The translations under genes were made by a program, and so were the position numbers. Shown here one piece after another: positions 47,965-57,328 of a DNA stretch of 64,000 nt; position 1 is the stretch's first letter, and each line of letters begins with the position of its first letter. Location: contig JAFTYI010000005.1 of assembly GCA_017464815.1 (NCBI GenBank), positions 22,034-86,033 on the forward strand. The letters are read 5' to 3'. Source of the DNA: Bacteroidaceae bacterium. GTDB taxonomy: Bacteria; Bacteroidota; Bacteroidia; Bacteroidales; Bacteroidaceae. Below the pieces are notes generated by a model. It ran no database searches. It was not told where the DNA came from and was given only the letters and a program-made list of their open reading frames with translations.

Positions 47965-48504
47965 ATGAAAAGAGTCATCTTAATTGGTTACATGGGCGCG
48001 GGCAAGACTACCTTAGGCAAGATTCTTGCCCGCGAACTGAACCTTGAGTTCATTGATTTGGATTGGTATATAGAGAACCGCTTCCACCAAAGCGTGAGCC
48101 AGTTGTTCGCAACACGCGGTGAAGAGGGCTTCCGGCAACTGGAGCAACGCATGTTGCACGAAGTGGCCGAGTTTGAGGACGTGGTCATCTCTGCCGGAGG
48201 CGGCACTCCCTGTTTCTTCGACAACATGGAGTACATGAACCGTCAAGGGCTGACCGTCTACCTGAAAGCCTCGCCCGAAACCCTGCGCACCCACCTGCGC
48301 ATGGGCAAACAGAAGCGCCCCCTGATCGCACAGAAGAACGATGAAGAGCTGGATGCCTTCATCCGCGAGTCGCTCGACAAACGTTCCCCCTACTACAACC
48401 AGGCCCGCCTGATATTCGACACCGGACTGTTGGACAACGGCAGTCGCGTAAACGAGGCGGCACAATCACTGATAGCATGTGTCAAAAGCAAGATTGAATA
48501 CTAA
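47965..48504 (+). CDS. aroK: Shikimate kinase
   Basis: GYMGAGKTT, DLD, GEEGFR, GGG, RPL. Confidence 0.95.
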   Translation: MKRVILIGYMGAGKTTLGKILARELNLEFIDLDWYIENRFHQSVSQLFATRGEEGFRQLEQRMLHEVAEFEDVVISAGGGTPCFFDNMEYMNRQGLTVYLKASPETLRTHLRMGKQKRPLIAQKNDEELDAFIRESLDKRSPYYNQARLIFDTGLLDNGSRVNEAAQSLIACVKSKIEY

Positions 48505-48532
48505 CCTACAAACAACGCACTGATTTAGAGTA

Positions 48533-50425
48533 ATGAGAAAATGGCGCATTGAAGACTCTGAAGAACTGTACAACATCACCGGATGGGGCACCAGCTACTT
48601 CAGCATCAATGAGAAAGGACACGTAGCAGTTACCCCGAAGAAAGACGGAGTGTCCGTTGACCTGAAAGAGTTGGTCGACGAACTGCAACTACGCGATGTA
48701 TCGGCCCCCATGCTGATACGTTTTCCCGACATCCTGGACAACCGTATCGAGAAAGTCTCCTGCTGTTTCAAAAAGGCTGCCCAAGAATACGGCTACAACG
48801 GAGAGAACTTCATCATCTACCCCATCAAGGTGAACCAGATGCGGCCGGTGGTGGAGGAGATGATTACCCACGGACAGAAATTCAACCTCGGCTTGGAGGC
48901 CGGCTCGAAACCCGAGCTGCATGCCGTCATTGCCGTAAACACCGACCCCAACTCCCTGGTGGTGTGCAACGGCTACAAGGACGAGAGTTTCATTGAACTG
49001 GCCCTGTTGGCCCAGAAGATGGGCAAACGCATCTTCCTGGTCGTGGAGAAGTTGAACGAACTGAACATCATCGCCCGCATGGCCAAGCGGTTGAAGGTGC
49101 GCCCCAACATCGGCATACGCATCAAGCTGGCCAGCAGCGGAAGCGGCAAGTGGGAGGAGAGCGGTGGCGACGCCAGCAAGTTCGGCCTCACCTCCAGCGA
49201 ACTGCTCGAAGCCCTCGACCTGCTTGAGAAGAAGGACATGAAGGACTGCCTGAAGCTGATCCATTTCCACATCGGCAGCCAGATAACCAAGATACGACGC
49301 ATCAAGAATGCCTTGCGCGAAGCCTCGCAGTTCTATGTGCAACTGCACAAGATGGGCTTCAACATCGAGTTTGTCGACACCGGCGGCGGCATGGGCGTGG
49401 ACTACGACGGCACCCGCTCGTCCAACAGCGAGAGCTCGGTGAACTACTCCATCCAGGAGTATGTCAACGACGTGGTGTCAACCTTCGTCGATGCGGCCGA
49501 CAAACATGGCTTTGCCCACCCCAACATCATCAGCGAAACGGGACGTAGCCTGACGGCTCACCACTCGGCACTCATCTTCGAGGTGCTGGAGACGGCTTCA
49601 CTGCCCGAAATGGACGACAACTGGGAACCCGATGAGAATGCACACGAACTGGTGAAGGAGCTTTATCAGATATGGGACAACCTGAGCCAACGCAGTATGC
49701 TCGAACCGTGGCACGACGCCCAACAGATACGCGAAGAGGCTCTCGACCTCTTCAGCCACGGCATTGTTGACCTCAACACACGGGCTCAGATTGAGAAACT
49801 CTACTGGAGCATCTGCCGCGAGATCAACTCCATTGCCAGCCACATGAAGCATTGCCCCGAGGAGTTCCGCAAGCTGAACAAACTGTTGGCCGACAAATAT
49901 TTCTGCAACTTCTCGCTCTTCCAGTCGCTGCCCGACTCGTGGGCCATCGACCAGATGTTCCCCATCATGCCCATCCAACGGCTGGACGAACGTCCCGACC
50001 GCGAGGCTACCTTGCAGGACATGACGTGCGACTCCGACGGAAAGATTGCCAACTTCGTTACCTCTCGCCCCGACACCACCACCCTGCCCCTCCACTCGTT
50101 GCGCGAGAAGGAGAGCTACTACCTGGCGGTGTTCCTCGTGGGTGCTTATCAAGAGATTCTGGGTGACATGCACAACCTCTTCGGCGACACCAATGCCGTA
50201 CACGTGTCGGTCAACTCCAAAGGCTACACCATCGACCAGCTGATTGATGGCGAAACGGTGGCCGAGGTGCTCGACTACGTTCAATACAACCCCAAGAAGC
50301 TGGTGCGCACCTTAGAGACATGGGTCACCCAATCTGTCAAAGAGGGAAAAATTACTGTAGAGGAAGGAAAAGAATTCCTGAGCAACTACCGCTCGGGACT
50401 TTATGGATATACGTATTTGGAATGA
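48533..50425 (+). CDS. speA: Biosynthetic arginine decarboxylase
   Basis: YPIKVNQ, GLEAGSKPE, HFHIGSQ, TCDSDG, GAYQEILGDMHNLFG. Confidence 0.96.
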   Translation: MRKWRIEDSEELYNITGWGTSYFSINEKGHVAVTPKKDGVSVDLKELVDELQLRDVSAPMLIRFPDILDNRIEKVSCCFKKAAQEYGYNGENFIIYPIKVNQMRPVVEEMITHGQKFNLGLEAGSKPELHAVIAVNTDPNSLVVCNGYKDESFIELALLAQKMGKRIFLVVEKLNELNIIARMAKRLKVRPNIGIRIKLASSGSGKWEESGGDASKFGLTSSELLEALDLLEKKDMKDCLKLIHFHIGSQITKIRRIKNALREASQFYVQLHKMGFNIEFVDTGGGMGVDYDGTRSSNSESSVNYSIQEYVNDVVSTFVDAADKHGFAHPNIISETGRSLTAHHSALIFEVLETASLPEMDDNWEPDENAHELVKELYQIWDNLSQRSMLEPWHDAQQIREEALDLFSHGIVDLNTRAQIEKLYWSICREINSIASHMKHCPEEFRKLNKLLADKYFCNFSLFQSLPDSWAIDQMFPIMPIQRLDERPDREATLQDMTCDSDGKIANFVTSRPDTTTLPLHSLREKESYYLAVFLVGAYQEILGDMHNLFGDTNAVHVSVNSKGYTIDQLIDGETVAEVLDYVQYNPKKLVRTLETWVTQSVKEGKITVEEGKEFLSNYRSGLYGYTYLE

Positions 50426-51192
50426 AAGAAAAACTGACCATCATCAAAGTAGGCGGAAAGATTGTGGAGGAGGAAGAAACCCTGCAACGCCTGCTGACCG
50501 ACTTTGCCGCTATCCCCGGCAAGAAACTGCTGGTGCATGGCGGTGGCCGCTCGGCCACCAAGCTGGCAGCCCAATTGGGTATTGAGAGCCAAATGGTGAA
50601 CGGACGCCGCATCACTGATGCCGACACCCTGCGTGTGGTGACCATGGTGTATGGCGGACTGGTGAACAAGAATATCGTGGCCGGACTTCAGGCGCACGGA
50701 GTGAATGCCCTCGGCCTGACAGGAGCGGACATGAATGTCATCCGCTCGCACAAGCGCCCCGTGAAGGATGTCGACTACGGCTTTGTGGGCGACGTGGATG
50801 AGGTGAACGCCGACTTCCTGGGCAAGCTCATCAGCGAAGGGGTGGTGCCCGTGATGGCTCCGCTCACCCACGACAAGCAGGGCCACTTGCTCAACACCAA
50901 TGCCGACACCATTGCGGGCGAAACGGCCAAAGCTCTGGCCCGTCTGTTCGACGTGACGCTCATCTTCTGCTTCGAGAAGAAGGGAGTGTTGCGCGACGAA
51001 AACGACGACGACAGTGTCATCCCCCACATCACCCGCGCCGACTTCGATGCCCTCGTAGCCGACAGCACCATCCAAGGCGGCATGATTCCCAAACTGGAAA
51101 ACTCCTTCCAAGCCATCAGTGCCGGAGTGAGCCGTGTCATCATCACACAGGCTTCGGCCATTGACGGCACACAGGGGACGGTTATCAATTAA
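50422..51192 (+). CDS. argB: Acetylglutamate kinase
   Basis: IIKVGG, VHGGG, GRRITD, NTNAD, GGMIPK; ATGA overlap with the speA stop. Confidence 0.95.
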   Translation: MKEKLTIIKVGGKIVEEEETLQRLLTDFAAIPGKKLLVHGGGRSATKLAAQLGIESQMVNGRRITDADTLRVVTMVYGGLVNKNIVAGLQAHGVNALGLTGADMNVIRSHKRPVKDVDYGFVGDVDEVNADFLGKLISEGVVPVMAPLTHDKQGHLLNTNADTIAGETAKALARLFDVTLIFCFEKKGVLRDENDDDSVIPHITRADFDALVADSTIQGGMIPKLENSFQAISAGVSRVIITQASAIDGTQGTVIN

Positions 51193-51196
51193 TTTT

Positions 51197-51296
51197 TTAG
51201 GCACGGATTACACGGTTCTTTCCTTTTTATATTCATCTATAAGACTTTTTGTCACAGAGTAAGGAAAACCGTGCAATCCGTGTAATCCGTGCCTAA
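51197..51296. repeat. Palindromic element family A between convergent genes
   Basis: TTAGGCACGGATTACACGG / CCGTGTAATCCGTGCCTAA perfect 19-bp IR. Confidence 0.88.
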
Positions 51297-51311
51297 TAAT
51301 AAGCGTGTATT

Positions 51312-52280
51312 TTAAAGTATCACCATAAACGTGGCCCCCGGCCCGTTGCTGAGCGACAGTTTCAGGTCGCCGCCATGCAGGCGCATGATTTGGCGGCTCA
51401 AGCAGAGGCCGACGCCCGTTCCCTTTTCTTTAGTGGTGTAGAAGGGAAGGAAGATTTCTTCCCTCATCCCTTCGGGGATGCCCGGCCCGTTGTCGCTCAC
51501 CAGGATGTAGGGCGACCCTCCTGAGTCGGTGGCTACAACACGGATGTCGGCATCCGGCATTCCCTCCGTCGCCTCGCACGCGTTCCTTATTAAATTAGTC
51601 AACACCTGACCCAGCAATCCCTCGTCGGCCTCCACCTTCATGCCCTTTCCCCACTGGATGTGGACGGAGGGGTGGTTCATCAGCTCCTGCATGTGGCCAA
51701 AGAACTCGTCCATCTCGATAATCGTCTTCTGCGGGTCGGGCAGGTGGGTCAGTTGGTAGTAGGAGTCGAGAAACGACTTCACGCTCACACACTGCCCGTG
51801 TATCACCTCCATGCCCCTGTGCAGGCGGTCGGAGGTATAGTTATCGGGGTGTTTCAGCATGTCGCTCGACAGGGTGATGATGGGGGTGATGGAGTTTCTC
51901 AGTTCGTGTGTCATGATGTGTATCAGGCGGTTATAGTACTGCTGCTTGTACTCGATGTCGAGCAAGCTGTTGCGATACTGAGCGATGATGCGGTTCATGT
52001 TGTCGTACATCATCCCCAGCCTGGCATCCTTTGTCGAGGGGAAGTGTATCATGTAGTCGTGACACAGGAGCGAGTGGAGGAAGTAGTTCACCTGACCAGG
52101 CACAAGGTTGGCCAGTTTCAGCAGATACTTCATCAGCCCCAAGGCCGCCACCACGATGGCTCCCCAATAGACCGGCTCCAGCTCCTTGAAGGGAGATTGC
52201 GCCATCATCCACCCCAAGGCCATGAAGACCAGGGCCACCACCACAAACTTCACCTGATAGGCATTCTTTATCCGCATCAT
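51312..52280 (-). CDS. Sensor histidine kinase (short)
   Basis: Two TM segments; H-box THELRNSITPI; N-box NLIRNA; DNGPGI; FYTTK; GTGVGL. Confidence 0.92.
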   Translation of the reverse strand: MMRIKNAYQVKFVVVALVFMALGWMMAQSPFKELEPVYWGAIVVAALGLMKYLLKLANLVPGQVNYFLHSLLCHDYMIHFPSTKDARLGMMYDNMNRIIAQYRNSLLDIEYKQQYYNRLIHIMTHELRNSITPIITLSSDMLKHPDNYTSDRLHRGMEVIHGQCVSVKSFLDSYYQLTHLPDPQKTIIEMDEFFGHMQELMNHPSVHIQWGKGMKVEADEGLLGQVLTNLIRNACEATEGMPDADIRVVATDSGGSPYILVSDNGPGIPEGMREEIFLPFYTTKEKGTGVGLCLSRQIMRLHGGDLKLSLSNGPGATFMVIL

Positions 52281-52876
52281 ACCATCAATCCATATTTCTT
52301 CAGTTTGTAATAGAGGCTCTGCCGCCCGATGTCGAGGCGGCGAGCGGCTTCGGCCAGATTGCCGTCACACTCCTTCATCACCTCCATGATGTGTTCTCTC
52401 TCCAGCTCGTCCAGTGTCATCTGGCGGAGGCTCTCCTGCCTCTCCATCAGCTGGTCGGCCTGACTGGCCTTCTCATTCTTTGCCTGGTTCTCGCCACGCT
52501 TGCGGATGGCGCCCAGCAGTTTTGCCACCAGTTCGTCGTTGTCCCACGGCTTGGTGATGAAGTCCTCGGCCCCCTCCTTCAGCGAGTTCACGGCCAGGTT
52601 GATGTCGCCAAAGGCGGTAATCATCACCACGGCCGGCGCATTTTCCCGACTCTTGATGTAGCGCAACCAGTCGAGCCCCTCCTGACCGTCCAGTTTCTGG
52701 GCGCTGAAGTTCATGTCCAGCAACACCACGTCCACCTTTCCCGCCGCCATCATGGCCGGCAGGGAGTTGGGCATCGTCAGGGTTGTCACCGTGGAAAATT
52801 CTCCCTCAAGCACCAGCTTCAGGGATTGCAGCACCGCCCGATTGTCGTCGATGATGGCAATGTGATAATCATACAT
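52277..52876 (-). CDS. Response regulator, REC plus Fis-type HTH, with no AAA+ domain
   Basis: IIDD, LLDMNF, ITAFGD, KPW; TLDELEREHI..GNLAEAARRLDIGRQSLYYKLKK; start corrected to 52876. Confidence 0.88.
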   Translation of the reverse strand: MYDYHIAIIDDNRAVLQSLKLVLEGEFSTVTTLTMPNSLPAMMAAGKVDVVLLDMNFSAQKLDGQEGLDWLRYIKSRENAPAVVMITAFGDINLAVNSLKEGAEDFITKPWDNDELVAKLLGAIRKRGENQAKNEKASQADQLMERQESLRQMTLDELEREHIMEVMKECDGNLAEAARRLDIGRQSLYYKLKKYGLMV

Positions 52877-53096
52877 GAAAATCCTCCTTTCTTTGCTAAT
52901 TTTGTGCAAAAGTACACATTTCTCAAAATCGAGTGTCTAAAAATCATACATTTTTCACCTTGAAAATACGTTTTAACAAAATTTTAACCATTTAGATTTG
53001 GAGAATTCAATAACTTTGTAAGGAGAAAAACGGGGAGAACCCCCTGTGAGAAGAGAAAAAAAGAGATTCGTATAAACCAATTAAAAAAGTCAAGTT

Positions 53097-53771
53097 ATGA
53101 TTAAGACAGAGAACCTGCGGAAGGTCTTCCGCACCGAAATGGTTGAAACCATTGCCGTGGCAAACGTGAGTATCGAAGTGAAGAAAGGCGAGTTCGTGGC
53201 CGTGATGGGTCCCTCGGGTTGTGGCAAGTCCACGCTGATGAACATGTTGGGCCTGCTCGACAACCCCACGGAGGGACAATATTGGCTGGACGGCCAGGAG
53301 GTCTCCACCTTCACCGAGGATGAGCAGACGATGCTCCGCCGTGGTGGCATCGGCTTCGTCTTCCAGAGTTTTAACCTGATTGACGACCTCACCGTGTATC
53401 GCAACATCGAGCTTCCGCTCGTCTACATGCGTGTGCCTGCCGAGGAGCGCAAGCGTCGCGTGGAGGAGGTGATGGCCCGCATGGACATCAGCCACCGCGC
53501 CAAGCACTTCCCCAACCAGCTCTCGGGTGGTCAGCAACAGCGTGTGGCCATTGCCCGCGCCGTCATCAGCAACCCCAAGGTCATCCTGGCCGACGAGCCT
53601 ACGGGTAACCTCGACTCGAAGAACGGTCTCGAGGTGCTCAACCTGCTGAAACAGCTCCATGCCGAAGGTGCCACCATCGTGATGGTGACCCACTCGCAAC
53701 GCGACGCCGGCTTTGCCGACCGCATCATCAACATGTTCGACGGTAGCATTGTGACAGAGATTACGGTATAA
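53097..53771 (+). CDS. ABC transporter ATP-binding protein (MacB/LolD-type)
   Basis: GPSGCGKS, LSGGQQQR, LADEPTGNLD; -7 box TAACTTTG 53011-53018. Confidence 0.95.
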   Translation: MIKTENLRKVFRTEMVETIAVANVSIEVKKGEFVAVMGPSGCGKSTLMNMLGLLDNPTEGQYWLDGQEVSTFTEDEQTMLRRGGIGFVFQSFNLIDDLTVYRNIELPLVYMRVPAEERKRRVEEVMARMDISHRAKHFPNQLSGGQQQRVAIARAVISNPKVILADEPTGNLDSKNGLEVLNLLKQLHAEGATIVMVTHSQRDAGFADRIINMFDGSIVTEITV

Positions 53772-53980
53772 AGGGCTTTCCCAAAACAGGCGCACGCGCA
53801 CGCACACACCCACTATCATAAGTATAAAATGTAGTAATAATAATGTTGTATTAGTTCCCCCCGTGTGTGTGCCGTGCCCTGTCCGGGAAAGGACATTCAC
53901 CGATACGTCCGCTAAAGAATCGCATAAAGTGTGTCCACAAACAGTAAAACTTATGCCGACGAACAGGAACAGGTGTCAAG

Positions 53981-54130
53981 TGCAATGCCGCACTACACAA
54001 TTGTACAGTGCCGCACTGCACTAAAGTGTAATGCCGCACTACACCTCAGAAGAACCGAAGAAATGCTGCGGACAAAGCCCTAAAGCCGGACAGACAAATC
54101 GGTAAAGACGGACAAGCAAACCGCTGAAAC
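53981..54130. repeat. Two adjacent degenerate arrays (23-bp and about 22-bp period)
   Basis: Units with core TGCCGCACTRCAC start at 53981, 54004, 54027; CGGACA-containing units over about 54065-54130. Confidence 0.7.
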
Positions 54131-54208
54131 TGATTGCGACGAACGAGCAACTGACAATCTTAAAAGAAGGAACAGAGACAAACCAACCTAACAAAGAAAA
54201 AAAGACGT

Positions 54209-54958
54209 ATGAAAGAGTTTCTACACACCCTGTTCGCCACCCGCCGCGTGGCGTTCTACCTGAACCTGCTGGGCCTCACGCTGGCCTTCGTCATCTTCTA
54301 CGTGCTGATGGCCGAGGTGAAGTGGGTGCATGGCTTCGACAAGTTTCACGACGGAGCGGAGCGCATTTGCCGCATGGATAACAATAGCATGTGGCGTCAG
54401 AATCACAATGGCCCCACGGGCGAATGGCTCATAAACAACAGTGCGGATGCCTTCGAGGCCGCCAAGGTAGGCCGCATGTTGTACGACCTCACCCAAGAAC
54501 TGACGGGTGGGCAAGCAAGCGCGGGTTTCTACACCTCAGAAAACATCTCCGACATTGCCTACGCCGTAGAGAACAAGCAGTTCAGCATGGTGCTCACCGG
54601 CTCCATCGTCTCGCTCGTCATCTCGCTGATTGGTGTCTTCGGCCTCGTGCTGTTCGAGACGCAATCGAAGCGCAAGGAGATAGGCGTGCGCAAGGTGTTC
54701 GGTGCAACCACGCGCGGCATCCTCGCCATGTTCAACATGCAGTATCTGCGCATCCTGGTGGTCTGCTTCCTCTTCGCCTCGCCTGTGGCCTACAGCCTCT
54801 ACAACACGTGGGTGGAGACGTTTGCCTATCGCACGCCCATGCACTGGTGGCTCTTCGGCGTGGCCTTCCTCATTGTGGCGCTCGTCGTCTGCCTCACCGT
54901 TACGGTGCAGAGCTGGCGCGCGGCACGGGAGCGGCCGGTGGAGACGATAATGAAATAA
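54209..54958 (+). CDS. Internally deleted MacB/FtsX-type ABC permease (possible pseudogene)
   Basis: N-terminus (LNLLGLTLAF..GFDKFH..ERICR) joined in frame to the final FtsX domain (RKEIGVRKVFGA..FAYR..TVTVQSWRAA); 249 aa against about 800 aa for the neighbours. Confidence 0.75.
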   Translation: MKEFLHTLFATRRVAFYLNLLGLTLAFVIFYVLMAEVKWVHGFDKFHDGAERICRMDNNSMWRQNHNGPTGEWLINNSADAFEAAKVGRMLYDLTQELTGGQASAGFYTSENISDIAYAVENKQFSMVLTGSIVSLVISLIGVFGLVLFETQSKRKEIGVRKVFGATTRGILAMFNMQYLRILVVCFLFASPVAYSLYNTWVETFAYRTPMHWWLFGVAFLIVALVVCLTVTVQSWRAARERPVETIMK

Positions 54959-54961
54959 AGG

Positions 54962-54997
54962 GACCCCACCCTAACCCTCCCTGTGAGGGAGGGGACT
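54962..54997. repeat. Family C hairpin (CCCTCCCT-GTG-AGGGAGGG)
   Basis: Perfect 8-bp stem right after the stop codon. Confidence 0.7.
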
Positions 54998-55123
54998 CTG
55001 TGCTCGAAGGGGCAAATGTTCTTTGAAATATTGGGAAATACGGAAATAAGTGTTCAAATCTTTGCTTTTTTCCTTGAAAGACTGTACCTTTGCTTCATCA
55101 TTCACTTTTAGAAGACGAAGCAT

Positions 55124-55402
55124 ATGAATACTGCGACATTGGAAAGTTACAAATTGCAAATGATAAACCAAGTGGTACAAGGCATCAGCCACGCAGAAAA
55201 CGTGGAAGAGATACGTCAGGCCATCAACCAAAGCCTTCAAGTTTGCTCTCTGATAGCGAATGAGGACTCCACCTATTCGTTGGACAATGTACACGCACGA
55301 CTCAATCGGGCGGAAGCCTACTTCGCTGCCGGAAACAAAGGTATTCCACACGAACAGGTTATGCAGGATATGGACAACTATGTAGAAAGCCTATGCAACT
55401 GA
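55124..55402 (+). CDS. Putative antitoxin
   Basis: Small acidic ORF overlapping the downstream toxin; C-terminal AEAYFAAG..IPHEQVM; own -7 box TACCTTTG 55086-55093. Confidence 0.7.
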   Translation: MNTATLESYKLQMINQVVQGISHAENVEEIRQAINQSLQVCSLIANEDSTYSLDNVHARLNRAEAYFAAGNKGIPHEQVMQDMDNYVESLCN

Positions 55403-55710
55403 TTTGGTATCCCGAAGCTATAGAGGAATTGCATCGGCAATTGGCCTTTTGCAGAAAGATACACGGTCCTCTTGCTACTCTTAGGGCGCGCGACAACGTC
55501 AAACGGGAAGCTGGCCGTCTCGCTGTTTCACCAACGATTGGAGCCAAGGAACTTCTGCTCGAAGAGCGCCAGTTGGAATATCGTAGTTTGGTCATCCAAC
55601 CACACTTCAAACTAATCTATCATATCGACGAATCGACTGACACAGTTTATATTGTAGATTTTTGGAACACCCTTCGCGAACCCCTCGCTTTGGCTAATCG
55701 CCTGAAATAA
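55393..55710 (+). CDS. RelE/ParE-family toxin
   Basis: MQLIWYPEA..L..SPTIG..YRSLVI..FKLIY..VYIVDFWNT pattern. Confidence 0.85.
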   Translation: MQLIWYPEAIEELHRQLAFCRKIHGPLATLRARDNVKREAGRLAVSPTIGAKELLLEERQLEYRSLVIQPHFKLIYHIDESTDTVYIVDFWNTLREPLALANRLK

Positions 55711-55737
55711 CTATCATATAATAACGTACACTTGTTT

Positions 55738-55784
55738 CCGTCCCGTTTTCACCTTCATGGGTGAAGACGGGACGGTTTGTTTTC
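55738..55784 (+). terminator. Intrinsic terminator after the toxin-antitoxin pair
   Basis: 16-bp stem CCGTCCCGTTTTCACC/GGTGAAGACGGGACGG followed by TTTGTTTT. Confidence 0.75.
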
Positions 55785-55825
55785 CCAAGATATCAGAATT
55801 TGAATAATAATATAATAAAAGATAT

Positions 55826-57301
55826 ATGAAACCAACCCTACCCACCATCCTGCTGCTATCAGCCTTGAGCCTGACGGCAGGTGCACAAGAGAAGCACGAG
55901 CTGCGGCTGACCCTCAGCGAAGTCATCCGCATGGCACAAGAGCAGTCGCCCAGTGCCGTCAGTGCCCGCCTCAGTCGCGAGTCAGCCGAGTTGAGCTATC
56001 GCAACTACAAGGCCAACTACCTGCCATCGGTGACGCTGAGCTCCAATCCCAGCTACAACCGCAGCATCAACAAGATTCTCCAGCCCGACGGTTCGTACAA
56101 GTACCTGGAGCAGAACAGCCTCAGCACCGACCTGAGCCTGAGCATCCAGCAGAGCATTGCACTCACGGGCGGAACCTTCTCCATCACCTCGTCGCTCGAC
56201 CGCTCGGACTTCTTCCGCGAGGGACAGGACAAGGAGACCTCCTTCAGCACACGCCCCGTCTACATCGGCTACAGCCAAAACCTGTTCGGGGTGAACTCGC
56301 TGAAGTGGGACCGCCGCATCGAGCCTATCGCCTACCGCGAAGCGTGCAAGCAGTACAACGAGGCGATGGAGCTGGTGGCCTCATCGGCCTGCAGCTACTT
56401 CTTCAACCTGGCCACCGCCCAGGTGAATGCCGAGATTGCGGCCTTCAACTACGCCTCGGCCGACACGCTCTACCGCTTTGCCCAAGGGCGCTACGCCATC
56501 GGCACCATCACCGAGAACGAGATGCTGCAACTGGAAATCAGGAAACTGAGTGCCGAGAACGACCGCATCGAAGCACAGTTCTCGGTGGAGGACTGCATGC
56601 AGTCGCTCCGCTCGTTCCTCGCCTTGCAGGACGATGTCAGCATCCGCGTGGAGCTGGACGACTCGGTGCCCCACTTCATGGTGCCGGTGGACGAAGCCTT
56701 GGCCATGGCCTACGAGAACAGCCCCGACCCGGAATACTTCAAGCGGGCACGCCTGCAGAGCGACCGCAGCGTGGCCAACGCCAAGGCCAACGCCGGACTG
56801 AGAGCCAGCATCTACCTGCAATTCGGACTCACACAGACGGGACCCGACGTGCAGACGGCCTACCGCGACCCCATCAACTCACAGATGGCCAGCATCAGCC
56901 TGTCGCTGCCCATCCTCGACTGGGGACGCGGACGCGGACAGGTGAAGATGGCACGCTCGAGCCGCGAACTGACCTACCTGAACATCGACCGAAGCGAACG
57001 GGACTTTGAAGAAAACGTGCGCAAACTGGTGCGCCAGTTCAACCAGCAGGGGGCACAGATGAACATCCTGGCCAAGACGGACATCACCGCCGAACGCCGC
57101 TTCGAGGTGGCACGCCGCCTCTACCTGATGGGCAAGAGCACCATCCTCGACCTCAACTCGGCCACCAGCGAAAAGGACAGTGCCCGACGTAGCCGCATCA
57201 GCGCCCTGCGCAACTACTGGAGCCTCTACTACACCCTGCGTAGCCTCACGGGGTATGACTTTGAGAAGGGAAAGGATATCGAATGGGAGTATGAGAAATA
57301 A
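55826..57301 (+). CDS. TolC-family outer membrane efflux protein
   Basis: LTLSEVIRMA, YLPSVTL, SLSLPILDWG; signal peptide. Confidence 0.92.
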   Translation: MKPTLPTILLLSALSLTAGAQEKHELRLTLSEVIRMAQEQSPSAVSARLSRESAELSYRNYKANYLPSVTLSSNPSYNRSINKILQPDGSYKYLEQNSLSTDLSLSIQQSIALTGGTFSITSSLDRSDFFREGQDKETSFSTRPVYIGYSQNLFGVNSLKWDRRIEPIAYREACKQYNEAMELVASSACSYFFNLATAQVNAEIAAFNYASADTLYRFAQGRYAIGTITENEMLQLEIRKLSAENDRIEAQFSVEDCMQSLRSFLALQDDVSIRVELDDSVPHFMVPVDEALAMAYENSPDPEYFKRARLQSDRSVANAKANAGLRASIYLQFGLTQTGPDVQTAYRDPINSQMASISLSLPILDWGRGRGQVKMARSSRELTYLNIDRSERDFEENVRKLVRQFNQQGAQMNILAKTDITAERRFEVARRLYLMGKSTILDLNSATSEKDSARRSRISALRNYWSLYYTLRSLTGYDFEKGKDIEWEYEK

Positions 57302-57328
57302 GAAGTTAGAGGGAGATTGAGAAATTTG

